The position numbers were made by a program, and so were the translations under genes. A stretch of DNA of 64,000 nt from positions 1-64,000 of the forward strand of contig DASPSR010000060.1 of assembly GCA_035623825.1 (NCBI GenBank). Reading direction: 5' to 3'. Below are positions 31,229 to 41,699 of the stretch, one piece after another. This DNA is from Nitrospirota bacterium (GTDB lineage: Bacteria; Nitrospirota; UBA9217). Each line of letters starts with the position of its first letter. Position 1 is the first letter of the stretch. The notes beneath the pieces were generated by a model. It had not been told where the DNA came from. It was given only the letters and a program-made list of their open reading frames with translations, and made no database searches.

Positions 31229-32041
31229 CTATTCACTTTGTTTCATCCCAAGCAGCCTCGCGGCATTGGAATACAGCATTTTCTCCTTTAGCCGGTCGGA
31301 TATCTTCAACCGCAGCGTCCGTTCAAGCATCTCTTCCTGATCTGTCCAGGGGCTGTCGGTCCCGAAGAGGATTCTGTCATCAGCAAAATGTGAGATGTGC
31401 TTAACGAACTGTTCATCACTCACTTCGCTCAATGTCATCGACGTCTCGGTATAAACATTCTCGCAATCGCTCAGGCAACTGATCCTGTCCCACTGCTTCC
31501 AACCGCCGACGTGCGTACAGACGATCGTGAGGTCCTTGAACCAGTTGGCGACTTTCTTTACGCGCTCAACGTCGGCCTGAGTGTTCCCCGGAAAGGCCAT
31601 GTCGAACCCGCTGTGGAACATGACGTAGAACCCGAATGATGCAATGAGCTCGTAAAAACCATACATATACTTGTCATCGATGAAAAACTTCTGGTACATG
31701 GGGTGAAGCTTGACGCCCCGGATGCCCGATCGATGCGCTTGGCCGAACATGTCCTCCACGTCTTCGGTGTCGTTCGACGGGTGGAAGGAGATGAGTGGAT
31801 GGATGGCCTCGCTCTTGATCTGCATGCAGAAGTCGAGAATAGACATCATCTGGGAAGGCTTCGTGGCTATGTTCGCGACTACGCTTGCGGAAATGTGCGC
31901 GGTCTTCATCGACTCGATCAGGCCCCGCAATGTTCCGTCGGTTCGGGGCCGGTAGTCGCCTGACTCTGCAGCAAGGGCGTCCATGGCGGCCTTGGCGACC
32001 CTGTCCGGGAAGATGTGAGTGTGGAAGTCAATGTATTTCAT
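31229..32041 (-). CDS. Amidohydrolase family (TIM-barrel metal-dependent hydrolase)
   Basis: IDFHTH, GVKLHP, THVGG and LFGTDSPW motifs. Confidence 0.88.
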   Translation of the reverse strand: MKYIDFHTHIFPDRVAKAAMDALAAESGDYRPRTDGTLRGLIESMKTAHISASVVANIATKPSQMMSILDFCMQIKSEAIHPLISFHPSNDTEDVEDMFGQAHRSGIRGVKLHPMYQKFFIDDKYMYGFYELIASFGFYVMFHSGFDMAFPGNTQADVERVKKVANWFKDLTIVCTHVGGWKQWDRISCLSDCENVYTETSMTLSEVSDEQFVKHISHFADDRILFGTDSPWTDQEEMLERTLRLKISDRLKEKMLYSNAARLLGMKQSE

Positions 32042-32145
32042 GCCTGTTTCCCTTTGAAATCGTTAAGAGACACAGAGGTACGGTGAAATTTTTTGACGAA
32101 GAACTGCGCTGATTCTGCTTGTCTTTGTCGATCTGCTTCAGCGAG

Positions 32146-33444
32146 TCAGAACTTTCGGTTGTCAATGACCCGCACCGCTTTTCCTTCGAACCTCTCCAGC
32201 GTCTTCTTTCCAACGAGCTTCACGTCGACGGAGATGCCGAGTTCCGCGGCGAGATGGTTTTTGATTGTCTCCCTCAGCCCAGCCTGTTTCCTGATCTCAT
32301 CCAAGACGCTCGCTTCCGACACCTCGACGATCACCATGGTCTTATCAAGTGCGCCCTTGCGGTCGATGATGATCTGGTAGTGCGGGGCGACACCTTCGAT
32401 CCCGAAGAGAACCGTCTCGATCTGCGACGGGAACACGTTTACACCACGGATGATGAGCATGTCGTCTGTCCGGCCGAACACCCTTGTCATCCTCCTCATC
32501 GTCCTGCCACAGGGGCATGGCTCGGAAATAAGCCGGGTGAGGTCGCGGGTCCTGTACCGAACGACCGGGAAGGCCTCTTTTGTGAGCGTGGTGATCACCA
32601 TCTCACCAAGCTCGCCAGGATCGGCCGGCGCGAGCGTGTCGGGATTGATCATCTCGACAAGAAAATGGTCTTCGTTTATATGCAGGCCGTTCCGTTCGAG
32701 GCACTCTCCGGCGACGCCCGGTCCCATGACCTCTGAGAGCCCGTAATTGTCCGTCGCTGTGATCTTAAGCTTTCTCTCGATCTCTCTTCGCATGGCTTCT
32801 GACCAGGGTTCGGCGCCGAAGAGACCGTACTTGAGGGAGAGCGAGTTCGGGTTGATTCCCAATTCCGTGACAGTGTCTGCAATCAGCATGGCATAGCTCG
32901 GCGTGCTTACGAGCGCTGTGGTCTTGAAATCCTGCATGATCTTGATCTGGCGCTTCGTGTTCCCGCTTGAAATCGGGATAACCGATGCGCCGAGCCGCTC
33001 CGCACCGTAGTGCAGGCCGAAGGCGCCGGTGAAGAGGCCGTAGTTGAAAGCTATCTGGACCACGTCGTCTTTCGTAACACCTCCGGCGGCGAGGATCCGC
33101 GCGACAAGGTTCGACCAGATTTTGATGTCATTCCTCGAATAGCCCACAACCGTGGACATGCCCGTCGTCCCCGACGAGGCGTGAACACGGACGACTTCAC
33201 GGAGCGGAACGGCGAAAAGACCGTAAGGGTAATTGTCCCGCAAATCGTTTTTGGTCGTGAAAGGGAGCTTGCGCAGATCATGGAGGGAGCGCAGGTCATC
33301 GGGGTTGAACTTGATTTCATCGAACTTCTTCCGATAAAAATGGACATTCCTGTATACCCGGCTCAGGGTCGACCCGAGCCGTTCGAACTGCAGCCGCTGA
33401 AGCTCTTCTTTGCCCATGCGTTCGCTTTCGGGCTGCCAGAACAT
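32146..33444 (-). CDS. paaK: Phenylacetate-CoA ligase (second paralog)
   Basis: [30 protein letters not shown] and GKAVRVID motifs. Confidence 0.9.
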   Translation of the reverse strand: MFWQPESERMGKEELQRLQFERLGSTLSRVYRNVHFYRKKFDEIKFNPDDLRSLHDLRKLPFTTKNDLRDNYPYGLFAVPLREVVRVHASSGTTGMSTVVGYSRNDIKIWSNLVARILAAGGVTKDDVVQIAFNYGLFTGAFGLHYGAERLGASVIPISSGNTKRQIKIMQDFKTTALVSTPSYAMLIADTVTELGINPNSLSLKYGLFGAEPWSEAMRREIERKLKITATDNYGLSEVMGPGVAGECLERNGLHINEDHFLVEMINPDTLAPADPGELGEMVITTLTKEAFPVVRYRTRDLTRLISEPCPCGRTMRRMTRVFGRTDDMLIIRGVNVFPSQIETVLFGIEGVAPHYQIIIDRKGALDKTMVIVEVSEASVLDEIRKQAGLRETIKNHLAAELGISVDVKLVGKKTLERFEGKAVRVIDNRKF

Positions 33445-33627
33445 GAGTCCCTCCGTGCAGCAAAATCCAAAACTTTAATCACGCAGCGACGAACTGCCGC
33501 CGTCGAACAGCGGGAAGGCAGCGCGCTCGAGATCCCGTCAGCCGCTTCGCTGGGAGCCGGGTACGATGCTGAAGGTAATCGTATCGACGCTAGTAGCGGC
33601 TTGGAATGTGGTGACCCCTGGATAGTT

Positions 33628-33677
33628 TGGTAGCGGGGAGAGGTTTGACCTCTGGCCTTCGGGCTTTCAATACGACG
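33628..33677 (-). pseudogene. Degenerate 3' half of initiator tRNA-fMet (att-site-like scar)
   Basis: Minus strand AGCCCGAAGGCCAGAGGTCAAACCTCTCCCCGCTACCA: T-stem AGAGG/CCTCT intact, T-loop 2 nt short, acceptor 3' strand with CCA; 5' half absent. Confidence 0.7.
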
Positions 33678-33817
33678 GTCGCATAAATACAGGCAAACTT
33701 CGGAACAATGGCTTTTCCTGACCGATAGAAGTGTTGGACAATCCTGTTCCGACACCATGTCGCGTGCTGAATGTCTCTTCTCCTGCCCACCCTCGGCGAT
33801 GTTTTTTCGAAGGCAAG

Positions 33818-34228
33818 TCAGACACTGTCAGTTGGTTCCTTCCCGGCCTTTTCATCTCTAAGATCGGTTTTTACGCCGGGCGGCGAGTGATGAGCAACAA
33901 AGAAAACACCAAGGAATATAAAAATGGAAATGCAGGCTACTGTGAATGCGAGTGATTTCCCATGCCATAAGCCGGCAAACCAACGGCTGAACTCATCCGC
34001 AAGCACAGCCGCCTTTCCACCGAAGAGTTCCAGATCATGGACATATATTTTAGAAGTTTCAGGTGCAGTCGGATATACATATCCGCCCACTACCTCATAA
34101 CCTACAGCACTCTCCGACTCATCCTCAGCTGTCAGGTAAATCAAGATGGCACTGCTCAAACCAACCAGCAAGATAATGGCGCTGATGAAGTAGAGGCGCC
34201 TTTGCAGATTTGTGTTTTCCCCTTTCAT
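33818..34228 (-). CDS. Hypothetical membrane protein (2 TM)
   Basis: Two hydrophobic helices flanking KIYVHDLELFGGKAAVLADEF..WF..LWHG. Confidence 0.7.
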   Translation of the reverse strand: MKGENTNLQRRLYFISAIILLVGLSSAILIYLTAEDESESAVGYEVVGGYVYPTAPETSKIYVHDLELFGGKAAVLADEFSRWFAGLWHGKSLAFTVACISIFIFLGVFFVAHHSPPGVKTDLRDEKAGKEPTDSV

Positions 34229-34497
34229 GGCGTGCCTGTGTTATCCTCCACCATTCTCAGATGTGACCCGCGCGTCCAGATCACCTATTCTTATTCCATC
34301 CCGTGGAAGGAATGTATATTTTTATTATGATATAAAATAATCAAGATTACAACTGGAATTTAACCTCAAAGACGGCGGTGTATCAAGCGCACATAGCCTT
34401 CAAATGACCTTCAGGTACGCTTGCAACTATCTTGAAGCTCTAGCCCAATCGCCATCCGACCGAATTTCGTAATAATTTCCCGCTCGAGACCCCTTTT

Positions 34498-34506
34498 TGA
34501 TATAAT
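34498..34506 (+). promoter_or_regulatory. Extended -10 promoter element
   Basis: TGaTATAAT about 32 nt upstream of the 34539 start. Confidence 0.5.
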
Positions 34507-34538
34507 GCCACCCATCTAAAGGCAACGGAGGTAGGCTC

Positions 34539-34724
34539 ATGGCTGTTACCGCAAAAATTGAAGGGAACAAGCTTATTATTACAGCTGATCTCGAGACTCC
34601 GACACCAAGCGCATCAGGGAAAACAATGGTCGTGGCAAGCACACGGGGGAACAAAGAGACGGATGTAATGATAAACGGGAAACCTCTTATTATCGGTTTG
34701 AATGCTTACATTAGGAAAAATTAG
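34539..34724 (+). CDS. Small conserved-type hypothetical protein (61 aa)
   Basis: GGAGGT RBS; PSASGKT-xx-AST-x-GN...GLNAY pattern. Confidence 0.75.
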   Translation: MAVTAKIEGNKLIITADLETPTPSASGKTMVVASTRGNKETDVMINGKPLIIGLNAYIRKN

Positions 34725-34810
34725 CTGATTTTCAAAACATCATAAAATTATCGAAGGGCGGATTACTCTCAATAGACTATAGTTGCCGGGACGGCACATC
34801 ATTTTAGGGG

Positions 34811-35368
34811 ATGTTACATGTGGGACTTCTTGTGAAGATATATTTCATAGTTTCATTACTCATCCTTTCCTCCTCATCTGCTAACGTCGTAGATGCCAAG
34901 GACCTTACACTTAACAATGCACCTACTCAGGTCTATTTCTCTCCCAAAGGTGGATGCACGGAAGCTATCGTAGACGCTCTGAACCATGCAAAATCCGAAA
35001 TCCTCGTTCAGGCCTATTCATTCACATCCAAAGATATCGCAAAAGCCCTTCTCGAAGCCCACAAGAGAGGCGTTCATATTGAAATCATCCTCGATAGATC
35101 CAATCGGTCAAAGAATTATTCAGCGGGGGACTTTGCCGCTCATATGGGGATATCGACTTATATTGACTCAGCCCACGCCATCGCTCACAATAAAATCATC
35201 GTCATTGATAAGAAAACGGTCATTACGGGAAGTTTCAATTTCACGAAGGCTGCTGAAAACAATAACGCCGAGAACTTGCTGATCATCTCCTCGACTGATC
35301 TGGCAAAGTATTATATCCAGAATTGGGAAACGCACAAAGAGCATAGCGTGGCGTATATGGGGCGGTAG
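34811..35368 (+). CDS. Secreted PLD-family (Nuc-like) endonuclease
   Basis: Signal peptide; YFSPKGG, AYSFT, single HKD motif HNKIIVID..TGSFNFT, NAEN. Confidence 0.88.
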   Translation: MLHVGLLVKIYFIVSLLILSSSSANVVDAKDLTLNNAPTQVYFSPKGGCTEAIVDALNHAKSEILVQAYSFTSKDIAKALLEAHKRGVHIEIILDRSNRSKNYSAGDFAAHMGISTYIDSAHAIAHNKIIVIDKKTVITGSFNFTKAAENNNAENLLIISSTDLAKYYIQNWETHKEHSVAYMGR

Positions 35369-35729
35369 TCGAGGATCCTTATAAGCTCGCTTCCGGGTAC
35401 AGACGCCATCCTATGTATACAGGCAAGATTTAAGAAGATCTGCGGTCTATCCAATATCTCCTATCTTTTCCGCTTCTGCGATCAGTCCCCTTGTAGTCTG
35501 AATCACGTTTTTGCCTTCGATCTTCGCTTGACCTTCTGCTACGCACAGACCTGCGTTTTCTTTTTCCCATAAACCCTCTTTGACACCTTGAGGCCGTTAT
35601 AATTCACTCATAGACTCCATTCATAACTGCATGATACCACGAAAGTCCCCGCCGCTCGTAAGGTCAAAAACGCCCACTTCGCGCTGGTCAGGCTGCCCGT
35701 TAGGCGATCGGCGGGAAGCCACAGATGGA

Positions 35730-36380
35730 TCATAGGCGCTTGCGCAGTATTATATGGCAAGCGGAACGGCCGCCGGCGATGTGGTTCACGCATTCGTAGC
35801 CCAACGCCGGCATATTGATGCCATCAAACAGATGTTCACCGGCACCGAGCAGGACTGGCGAAATTACGAAATGCAGTTCGTCAATAAGTGCGGCGCGCAA
35901 ATATTGTCGAATCGTAGACACGCCTCCACCAAGTCGGATGTCGCGGCCGCCTGCCGCATCCCTCGCCTGCTTCAGAGCGGCGTGGATACCTTCGGTGACG
36001 AAACGGAACTCCGTGCCGCCCGCCATCTTGATCGATGCTCGTGGGTGGTGAGTCAGCACGAAAACGGGAGTGTGATACGGCGGTTCGTCACCCCACCAGC
36101 CTTTCCAGCTGTCGTCCGGCCAGGGGCCACGCACCGGACCGAACATGTTCCGCCCGAGAATCCACGAGCCGATCCCGACGAAGCCTTCCTCCGCCATATC
36201 GTCATCTACGCCCGTTTCGCCGCCTTCATTGCCGTGCATCCGCTGCCAGGTGCGCGTATGGAAGAACCAATCAAACAACGCCAGGCCGCCGACTCCGAGC
36301 GGATTCTGGAGGTCCTGGTTCGGCCCGGCACCGTATCCATCGATTGAGATTGAGAAGCTGTGCACGCGTAGTTTCGACAT
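35730..36380 (-). CDS. Dihydrofolate reductase-like (RibD C-terminal) protein
   Basis: SIDGYGAGP, ILGRNMF, PVFVLTH, GGVSTIRQYL and IDEL motifs. Confidence 0.85.
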   Translation of the reverse strand: MSKLRVHSFSISIDGYGAGPNQDLQNPLGVGGLALFDWFFHTRTWQRMHGNEGGETGVDDDMAEEGFVGIGSWILGRNMFGPVRGPWPDDSWKGWWGDEPPYHTPVFVLTHHPRASIKMAGGTEFRFVTEGIHAALKQARDAAGGRDIRLGGGVSTIRQYLRAALIDELHFVISPVLLGAGEHLFDGINMPALGYECVNHIAGGRSACHIILRKRL

Positions 36381-36485
36381 GCCCTTCCCCTCCGATCTCG
36401 GCTTGGGGACTTAAGCGTTGCACGGTCGCCGTCGAACAGGATATTTATTCACTTCCCACCTTACTGCAAATTCCTGATCACTTGC

Positions 36486-37139
36486 CTACTGCTTTTTGAA
36501 CGCAATATCCGCAAAGTAGCTCTCCGCCGATGTCCCGGTGTGCTGGGAATTGATCTGAAGCCGCATGCCGCTTGCCGGGGGAGGTTCCTCGCCAAAGAAA
36601 TTCTTGAAATCATCATATACGTTCCGGGTCTCCGTAACCCACGTCCCCGTGCCGGCAGCGCCTGATCGCACGACTACCACATGGACGTGCATGAAAGGAA
36701 CGGGCGTCGTGTCCTTCGTTAGACCCTGTGGTGCGCTCGTGGACCAGATGTAGACGATAGACTTAGTTTTGGTGAACGCGATGAAGAGCTGAGCGGCTTG
36801 GTCATCAGTCTTCGATTTTCTGAAATCCCCTCCCTCTGGCAGCTTGGTTACCTTCCACTTCCAGGTGAGCACCGGAAACTGTTTGAGGTCCACGTTGATC
36901 TCTTTTTGGAGGGAGAAAGACGTGTTTGCGCTACGGAACCGGACGGCCGAGATGTCGCCATCCTTGACGACAGCGAAATCCGCCTTGCCGTATTTTTCCT
37001 TGAGCTGCCACCCGGCGGGAACGCCGCCAGCATCGACTCCGCGCGAAAAATCCGCGATCACTACGCTGTTTTCAGCCCAAACCGGTCTGACAAAAAACAG
37101 GACGGCTACCAACAAGATTTTCGATATACGTGTGAGCAC
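36486..37139 (-). CDS. DUF3047 domain exported protein
   Basis: Signal peptide; PVLTWKWKV, DDQAA and WVTETRNVYDDF motifs. Confidence 0.8.
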   Translation of the reverse strand: MLTRISKILLVAVLFFVRPVWAENSVVIADFSRGVDAGGVPAGWQLKEKYGKADFAVVKDGDISAVRFRSANTSFSLQKEINVDLKQFPVLTWKWKVTKLPEGGDFRKSKTDDQAAQLFIAFTKTKSIVYIWSTSAPQGLTKDTTPVPFMHVHVVVVRSGAAGTGTWVTETRNVYDDFKNFFGEEPPPASGMRLQINSQHTGTSAESYFADIAFKKQ

Positions 37140-37493
37140 AGATCACCTCCATATAAAAGAAAATCCCACATGTTGCGCTGTTAGTTGCTGTATAAAATAA
37201 AACGGATGCGGTTTCCACTCCCGCATCTATTGTTGACTGAATCTCTCCTAACATCTTCAACGTCTCGTTATTCTAAAACCGTTGACATCCATTCCGCTCT
37301 AACGAACAGCTGACGTAGTCAGGGTCTATGAAGAGAGGGGTATTTCGGACTAAATGATTAGAATATAGCAAATATCAAGAAGGAGTGCCGATAATTTAAG
37401 GCTGAGTAGTGCAGAAAGTTGCAACCAATAAACTCAAAATCCGACAGGAAACTATACGTAATAGATGAAAATGCGTATCGACGGCAGGCCATC

Positions 37494-38426
37494 TTAATTC
37501 AAATATTTCTTGGGATTCACAGGCACTCCGTTCAATCGTACTTCATAATGGAGATGCGGTCCAGTGCTCGACCCGGTATCGCCCACATAGGATATGACGT
37601 CCCCTCGTTTGACCCGCTGCCCCACTTTCACGTTGAGCCTGGAGTTGTGTCCGAAAACGGTCTTGATTCCGTACCCATGGCTGATTTCAACCATATTGCC
37701 GTATCCGGGGCTGAAACCGGCTTTGAGCACAACACCGTCGGCCGGCGCTACGACCGGCGTTCCTGTCTGTGCTGCGATATCTAAGCCTTCATGGAACGTG
37801 AGTATGCCGCTGAACGGAGAGGTACGTTTGCCGAAAGGAGATGTGACCCAGCCCCGGACAGGCCATACTGAAGGTGTAGAGGCATAAAGCGAGCGCTTGT
37901 CTTCAAAGTATTCGATCAGCGTTTGAAGGCTGGTTTCCTCCTTTGAAGCAGCGCCCTTCAACTCAGACAGCTGGTTATGCATTTCCTTGAGCGCTTCATC
38001 CTGCTTCTTTTTGCCCAGATGGGCAAGGTTCTGAAGCCTTGTTTCCTCGGGGCCTCCTATGCCGATTACCTGACTGGCCCGGTCCCGGGGACCGAGACTC
38101 ACGACACGGCGAAGCTTGGTGTCAAGGTCGCGCAGAAGGAACATCTGCCGCTTGTAATCCATGAGATTGAGCGCAAAGCCCTGGACCTGTGCTTTTTGCT
38201 GCATCAACTCTTCTCGGACGGAACGAAGTTCCATGACTTTATCTTTGACGTCGTTGTATTCATAGAAAAGATACAGAGAAAGCAATGTCAAGGCTACTAT
38301 AGAGAAGAGGACGGTTTTAAGCACCGGTTTAGATATGCTCATCGTTCGGACCCTTTGATTCGGTCCTGGAAGGAACATGAAAGTATAATATTCTTTTCTG
38401 TTGAGCCTGCTATATTTTGTTGACAT
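37494..38426 (-). CDS. M23 family metallopeptidase with TM anchor and coiled coil
   Basis: HEGLD, GYGN and STGPHLHYEV motifs. Confidence 0.92.
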   Translation of the reverse strand: MSTKYSRLNRKEYYTFMFLPGPNQRVRTMSISKPVLKTVLFSIVALTLLSLYLFYEYNDVKDKVMELRSVREELMQQKAQVQGFALNLMDYKRQMFLLRDLDTKLRRVVSLGPRDRASQVIGIGGPEETRLQNLAHLGKKKQDEALKEMHNQLSELKGAASKEETSLQTLIEYFEDKRSLYASTPSVWPVRGWVTSPFGKRTSPFSGILTFHEGLDIAAQTGTPVVAPADGVVLKAGFSPGYGNMVEISHGYGIKTVFGHNSRLNVKVGQRVKRGDVISYVGDTGSSTGPHLHYEVRLNGVPVNPKKYLN

Positions 38427-38871
38427 AACCGTACCCTGGGAAAAAATCAGCGACAATCAATAGCTGGGAGGTGTCAGGATGCCGCCTCGACTGCTCATTG
38501 AGTCCCAGACAGTCTTGTTTTTCCCCGCACAACAGATCTCAAGGGAACACTTCACTAATCCACCCATTCTTGAACATTCGGGGACGTATATCTTTTCGGA
38601 CACATTATTCAAATTCTTTAATAACTTATATCGCTATACTAAGTCTTAAGGATTACTGATGAGAGAAGGTCGATAGGGCGGCTGGAAAGGCTCTATTTTC
38701 ACTGACATTTAATACTTACACGGGGACGGCAATCGCCCGACATTTGCTTTTACAACAATAAATTACATAATATGCGCTCTGCATGTTCCGAGATGACAGT
38801 CTTTGAACCTGCGCACTCAAGAGCATGTGAGAGAGAGTGCTTCTATGACCGAAATTATCCATCATTCTTGC

Positions 38872-39591
38872 CTATGGGCATTTCTCTTTCATTTCTTCGT
38901 CCCTACTAAGCAAGGCCAGCAATAACAAAGCTCCGGTCCACAGACAGAAAAAAGCTGCCCGTTGTCTCAACCCGCTGGCCTTGCCTATAATCCCTAAATA
39001 TTTCGGCCATGGATGCGATTTGGCTACAAGGGCAAGCGGTCCGGTAGTCGCAATAATGGCGCCTACCTTGTGGATCTTCGTGGTTTTTGCCATCAACACC
39101 ACTAGCCCCGCTGTGATCGCGGCAACGACGGATCCTGTGAAAAACAAGAACAACCCGACATCATGTAATGCCTGTTGACGGATAACATCAACGTCAATAT
39201 TTTGCAGTATAATTCCACCTGGTATCGTTTCTTTGAAGGAGACCAAGAGGAGTAGCCCGGACACTGAAACGCCGAGAATCATCGATGTGATCTGGCCGAG
39301 GGGAGTTCTTCCGAATTCACAATGTTTCGCAAATGAGATGCCGATGCAGGCTAGCGACATGGCGGACAGTAAAATGGAGGCCGTGATCCAATTGGAATGG
39401 GGGGCATACGAGGCATATGTACTGATGTGATCGCGCGTCCAGTTCAGCTCGTGCGAACCCAAGTGACCGACTATCATCGTGACCGGCGCGAGTAAAAGGG
39501 CCAGCCATGAAATGATTAAGACGACATGAAGACGCATGACTCGCTTCAAGAGCGATTGTGCTATTTGATTATCATGATCATCGAGTTTCAT
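38872..39591 (-). CDS. DUF998-like membrane protein
   Basis: TM helices; HISTYA, LHD and GLRQR motifs. Confidence 0.6.
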   Translation of the reverse strand: MKLDDHDNQIAQSLLKRVMRLHVVLIISWLALLLAPVTMIVGHLGSHELNWTRDHISTYASYAPHSNWITASILLSAMSLACIGISFAKHCEFGRTPLGQITSMILGVSVSGLLLLVSFKETIPGGIILQNIDVDVIRQQALHDVGLFLFFTGSVVAAITAGLVVLMAKTTKIHKVGAIIATTGPLALVAKSHPWPKYLGIIGKASGLRQRAAFFCLWTGALLLLALLSRDEEMKEKCP

Positions 39592-39641
39592 GGCATGCAA
39601 CGAGCATTGGTTTCATAAGCTTGGACAAAAGATGGAATCTG

Positions 39642-40436
39642 TCATTTTGTTGCGCGATGCTTAAAAAACGTTATTGTCTCATTTGCTACGATATCCCGCT
39701 GGTTATCTATGGGCAACATGTGATAGCAGTCATCGAGAAGCACCATGCGCACCTCGTGAGCTCCTATGTGATTGCGCACATATAGCGCGTTTTTTTCACT
39801 GGCGAGGTCATCCTCCCGTGAGTGGAGAATGAGAGCCGGCGTCAGCACTGCAGGCACAATTTTCTTCGTTGCCCTGATCAGTCGGTATAATTCACGCATG
39901 CATGAGCCAGGAACGCTTTCGTGAGCTATAGAGCCGTGACGCATGCCCTCGACGATCCGGGTTCGAAGAGCTTGATTCTTGATCCCATACGGTTCCCGTT
40001 CCTTGAATGCATAGATGTGGTGCGCCGGGGTAGTGTAAATAAGGGGCAACAGAAATTTATACCACGGAAGACCCCATCCATCGTAGGAGAGCGTTGTCGA
40101 GATCAATGAGATTGCAGAAACTCCATCTTCGTATTCGGCTGAGAGGCAGAGTGCCAATAGCGCACCCATGCAGAGGCCGGCCACGGAAACGGTTGCATGC
40201 GTTCGCTTCAATTCTTCAAACGCTTCGCGAACGGTCCGGTACCAATCCTGCCATCTGGCTCGCTTCAGATCCTTGAGTGTCTTCCCGTGGCCTGCCAGAC
40301 AAGGCCCCTTCACAGTGAACCCCGCCCGGTGAAGTTGCCTGGCCAGGTATTTCATCTCGAAGGGGCTGCCGGACAGACCATGAATCAGGAGAACGGCGTC
40401 GTCTCCGCCCCTCATCTCTATTTTATGCTCACTCAT
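39642..40436 (-). CDS. Alpha/beta hydrolase (carboxylesterase-like) with a Cys nucleophile elbow
   Basis: LIHGLSG, GHG, GLCMG, HSREDD and YHM motifs. Confidence 0.85.
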   Translation of the reverse strand: MSEHKIEMRGGDDAVLLIHGLSGSPFEMKYLARQLHRAGFTVKGPCLAGHGKTLKDLKRARWQDWYRTVREAFEELKRTHATVSVAGLCMGALLALCLSAEYEDGVSAISLISTTLSYDGWGLPWYKFLLPLIYTTPAHHIYAFKEREPYGIKNQALRTRIVEGMRHGSIAHESVPGSCMRELYRLIRATKKIVPAVLTPALILHSREDDLASEKNALYVRNHIGAHEVRMVLLDDCYHMLPIDNQRDIVANETITFFKHRATK

Positions 40437-40846
40437 GCTTCCCCACAATTAGCACCGTAACCGTACGGCCAAATGCGAATGAAATCGATATGACATTTCT
40501 AATGGGCAGGCCCGTCCCGGACCTACCCGGAACATAATCAAGGTTGCATTCTTCTTACGTGTCTGCCGGCTGCCAATTGGCAACCGATTTTACAACAGAT
40601 TATCAAATGTGTAAAGAGTTTGTAGGCGAATAATGGTCTCACTGCAGCTAACATAAATAGCAGCGGCTGCGCTTGCACGAGCGAAGTGTCACGCATGGAC
40701 GGAGGGAACTGCCTAAAAAACATTATTATGGCATAAGCTCAAGGCGCACCAAGCAACCTCGGCCTCGAATACGACCACATGACAACCCGCATTCTCTCGT
40801 CCCTTTCTATCCAACATTAATTTTAGTCTCTGTCTTTAAATACCCG

Positions 40847-41443
40847 CTAGAGGAACAGGTCGAAATGTATCCTCTCTCCGGTCTCCACATTCGTGACGCC
40901 GATATACATCTTCATGGTGCCTTCTCTAAATAACTTTCTTATAATAAAATTACCGGCATCTTCTTCATTTTCTTTAATTTTAAAGAACATTACCCCCTGG
41001 TAACTCTCCTGGGGGGTCAGCGCGGTCTCTTGCAGAGCCAGACTCGAGAAATAAGCATTGACCTGCCGGCCGGTCTTGGCCGATATCCGTGAGTGCAACT
41101 CTTTGGCCACCTCAACAACCGTCTCGACGGGCATTGGATCAATTGCCTCATTGCCCTTCAAGAGCATAACATCGGAAGGTTTGATAATGTACCGACCTTT
41201 GCCGTGATTAGAAAAGATAATATTGACCGGCAGAATCTTCACTTTTAACAGGTCAGCCCCGAAATACGTCACGACCCTTTCGCGATCTGTGATCCCATCG
41301 ACAGCAGCAGTGACATCGTCTCTCGTCAGAGATCTGGGATACAGGTCAGCATTTCGAAGCGGGATCTGGACGACCGTATACTCGGTGGCACACCCTGTGA
41401 GACCTAAAAAGGAGATCATCACAAGTATGACGAGTCTACGCAT
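40847..41443 (-). CDS. Hypothetical lipoprotein
   Basis: Lipobox LTGC; AAGGAAGG RBS. Confidence 0.75.
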   Translation of the reverse strand: MRRLVILVMISFLGLTGCATEYTVVQIPLRNADLYPRSLTRDDVTAAVDGITDRERVVTYFGADLLKVKILPVNIIFSNHGKGRYIIKPSDVMLLKGNEAIDPMPVETVVEVAKELHSRISAKTGRQVNAYFSSLALQETALTPQESYQGVMFFKIKENEEDAGNFIIRKLFREGTMKMYIGVTNVETGERIHFDLFL

Positions 41444-41699
41444 ACTGCTTACCTTCCTTTAATTACGCATTGTTTTTTACACGCCACTATTTTAATTTTA
41501 GCATAAAAGAGACATCACTAGGGTTTATTGGGGTATTGAAAGATATGATACGTTGCATGCGGGAAAAACCAGACAAACCTGTTGGCTGTTGTGAAAGGAT
41601 CGACCGAATTTCGCCCGTATAAGTGCGGCTACACTTCGTAGGAAACAATCAATGCCCCTGAGCATCCTGTTCTGCTGCTTGCAGATGACTCATTTATGA

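Noticed and set aside
3815-33618. Scattered CTGACCCC / CTGTCCCC / GTGACCCC motifs (3815, 5213, 24478, 33611) as ends of HUH-transposase elements
   Set aside because: The count is near chance for such short motifs; there are no paired arrays and no transposase.
35580-35603. TTGACA...TATAAT consensus promoter
   Set aside because: The spacer is only 12 nt and no plus-strand gene follows.
8305-36380. The two DHFR-like genes (8305-8919, 35730-36380) as trimethoprim resistance dfr
   Set aside because: Their motifs fit RibD C-terminal-like proteins, not FolA/DfrA.
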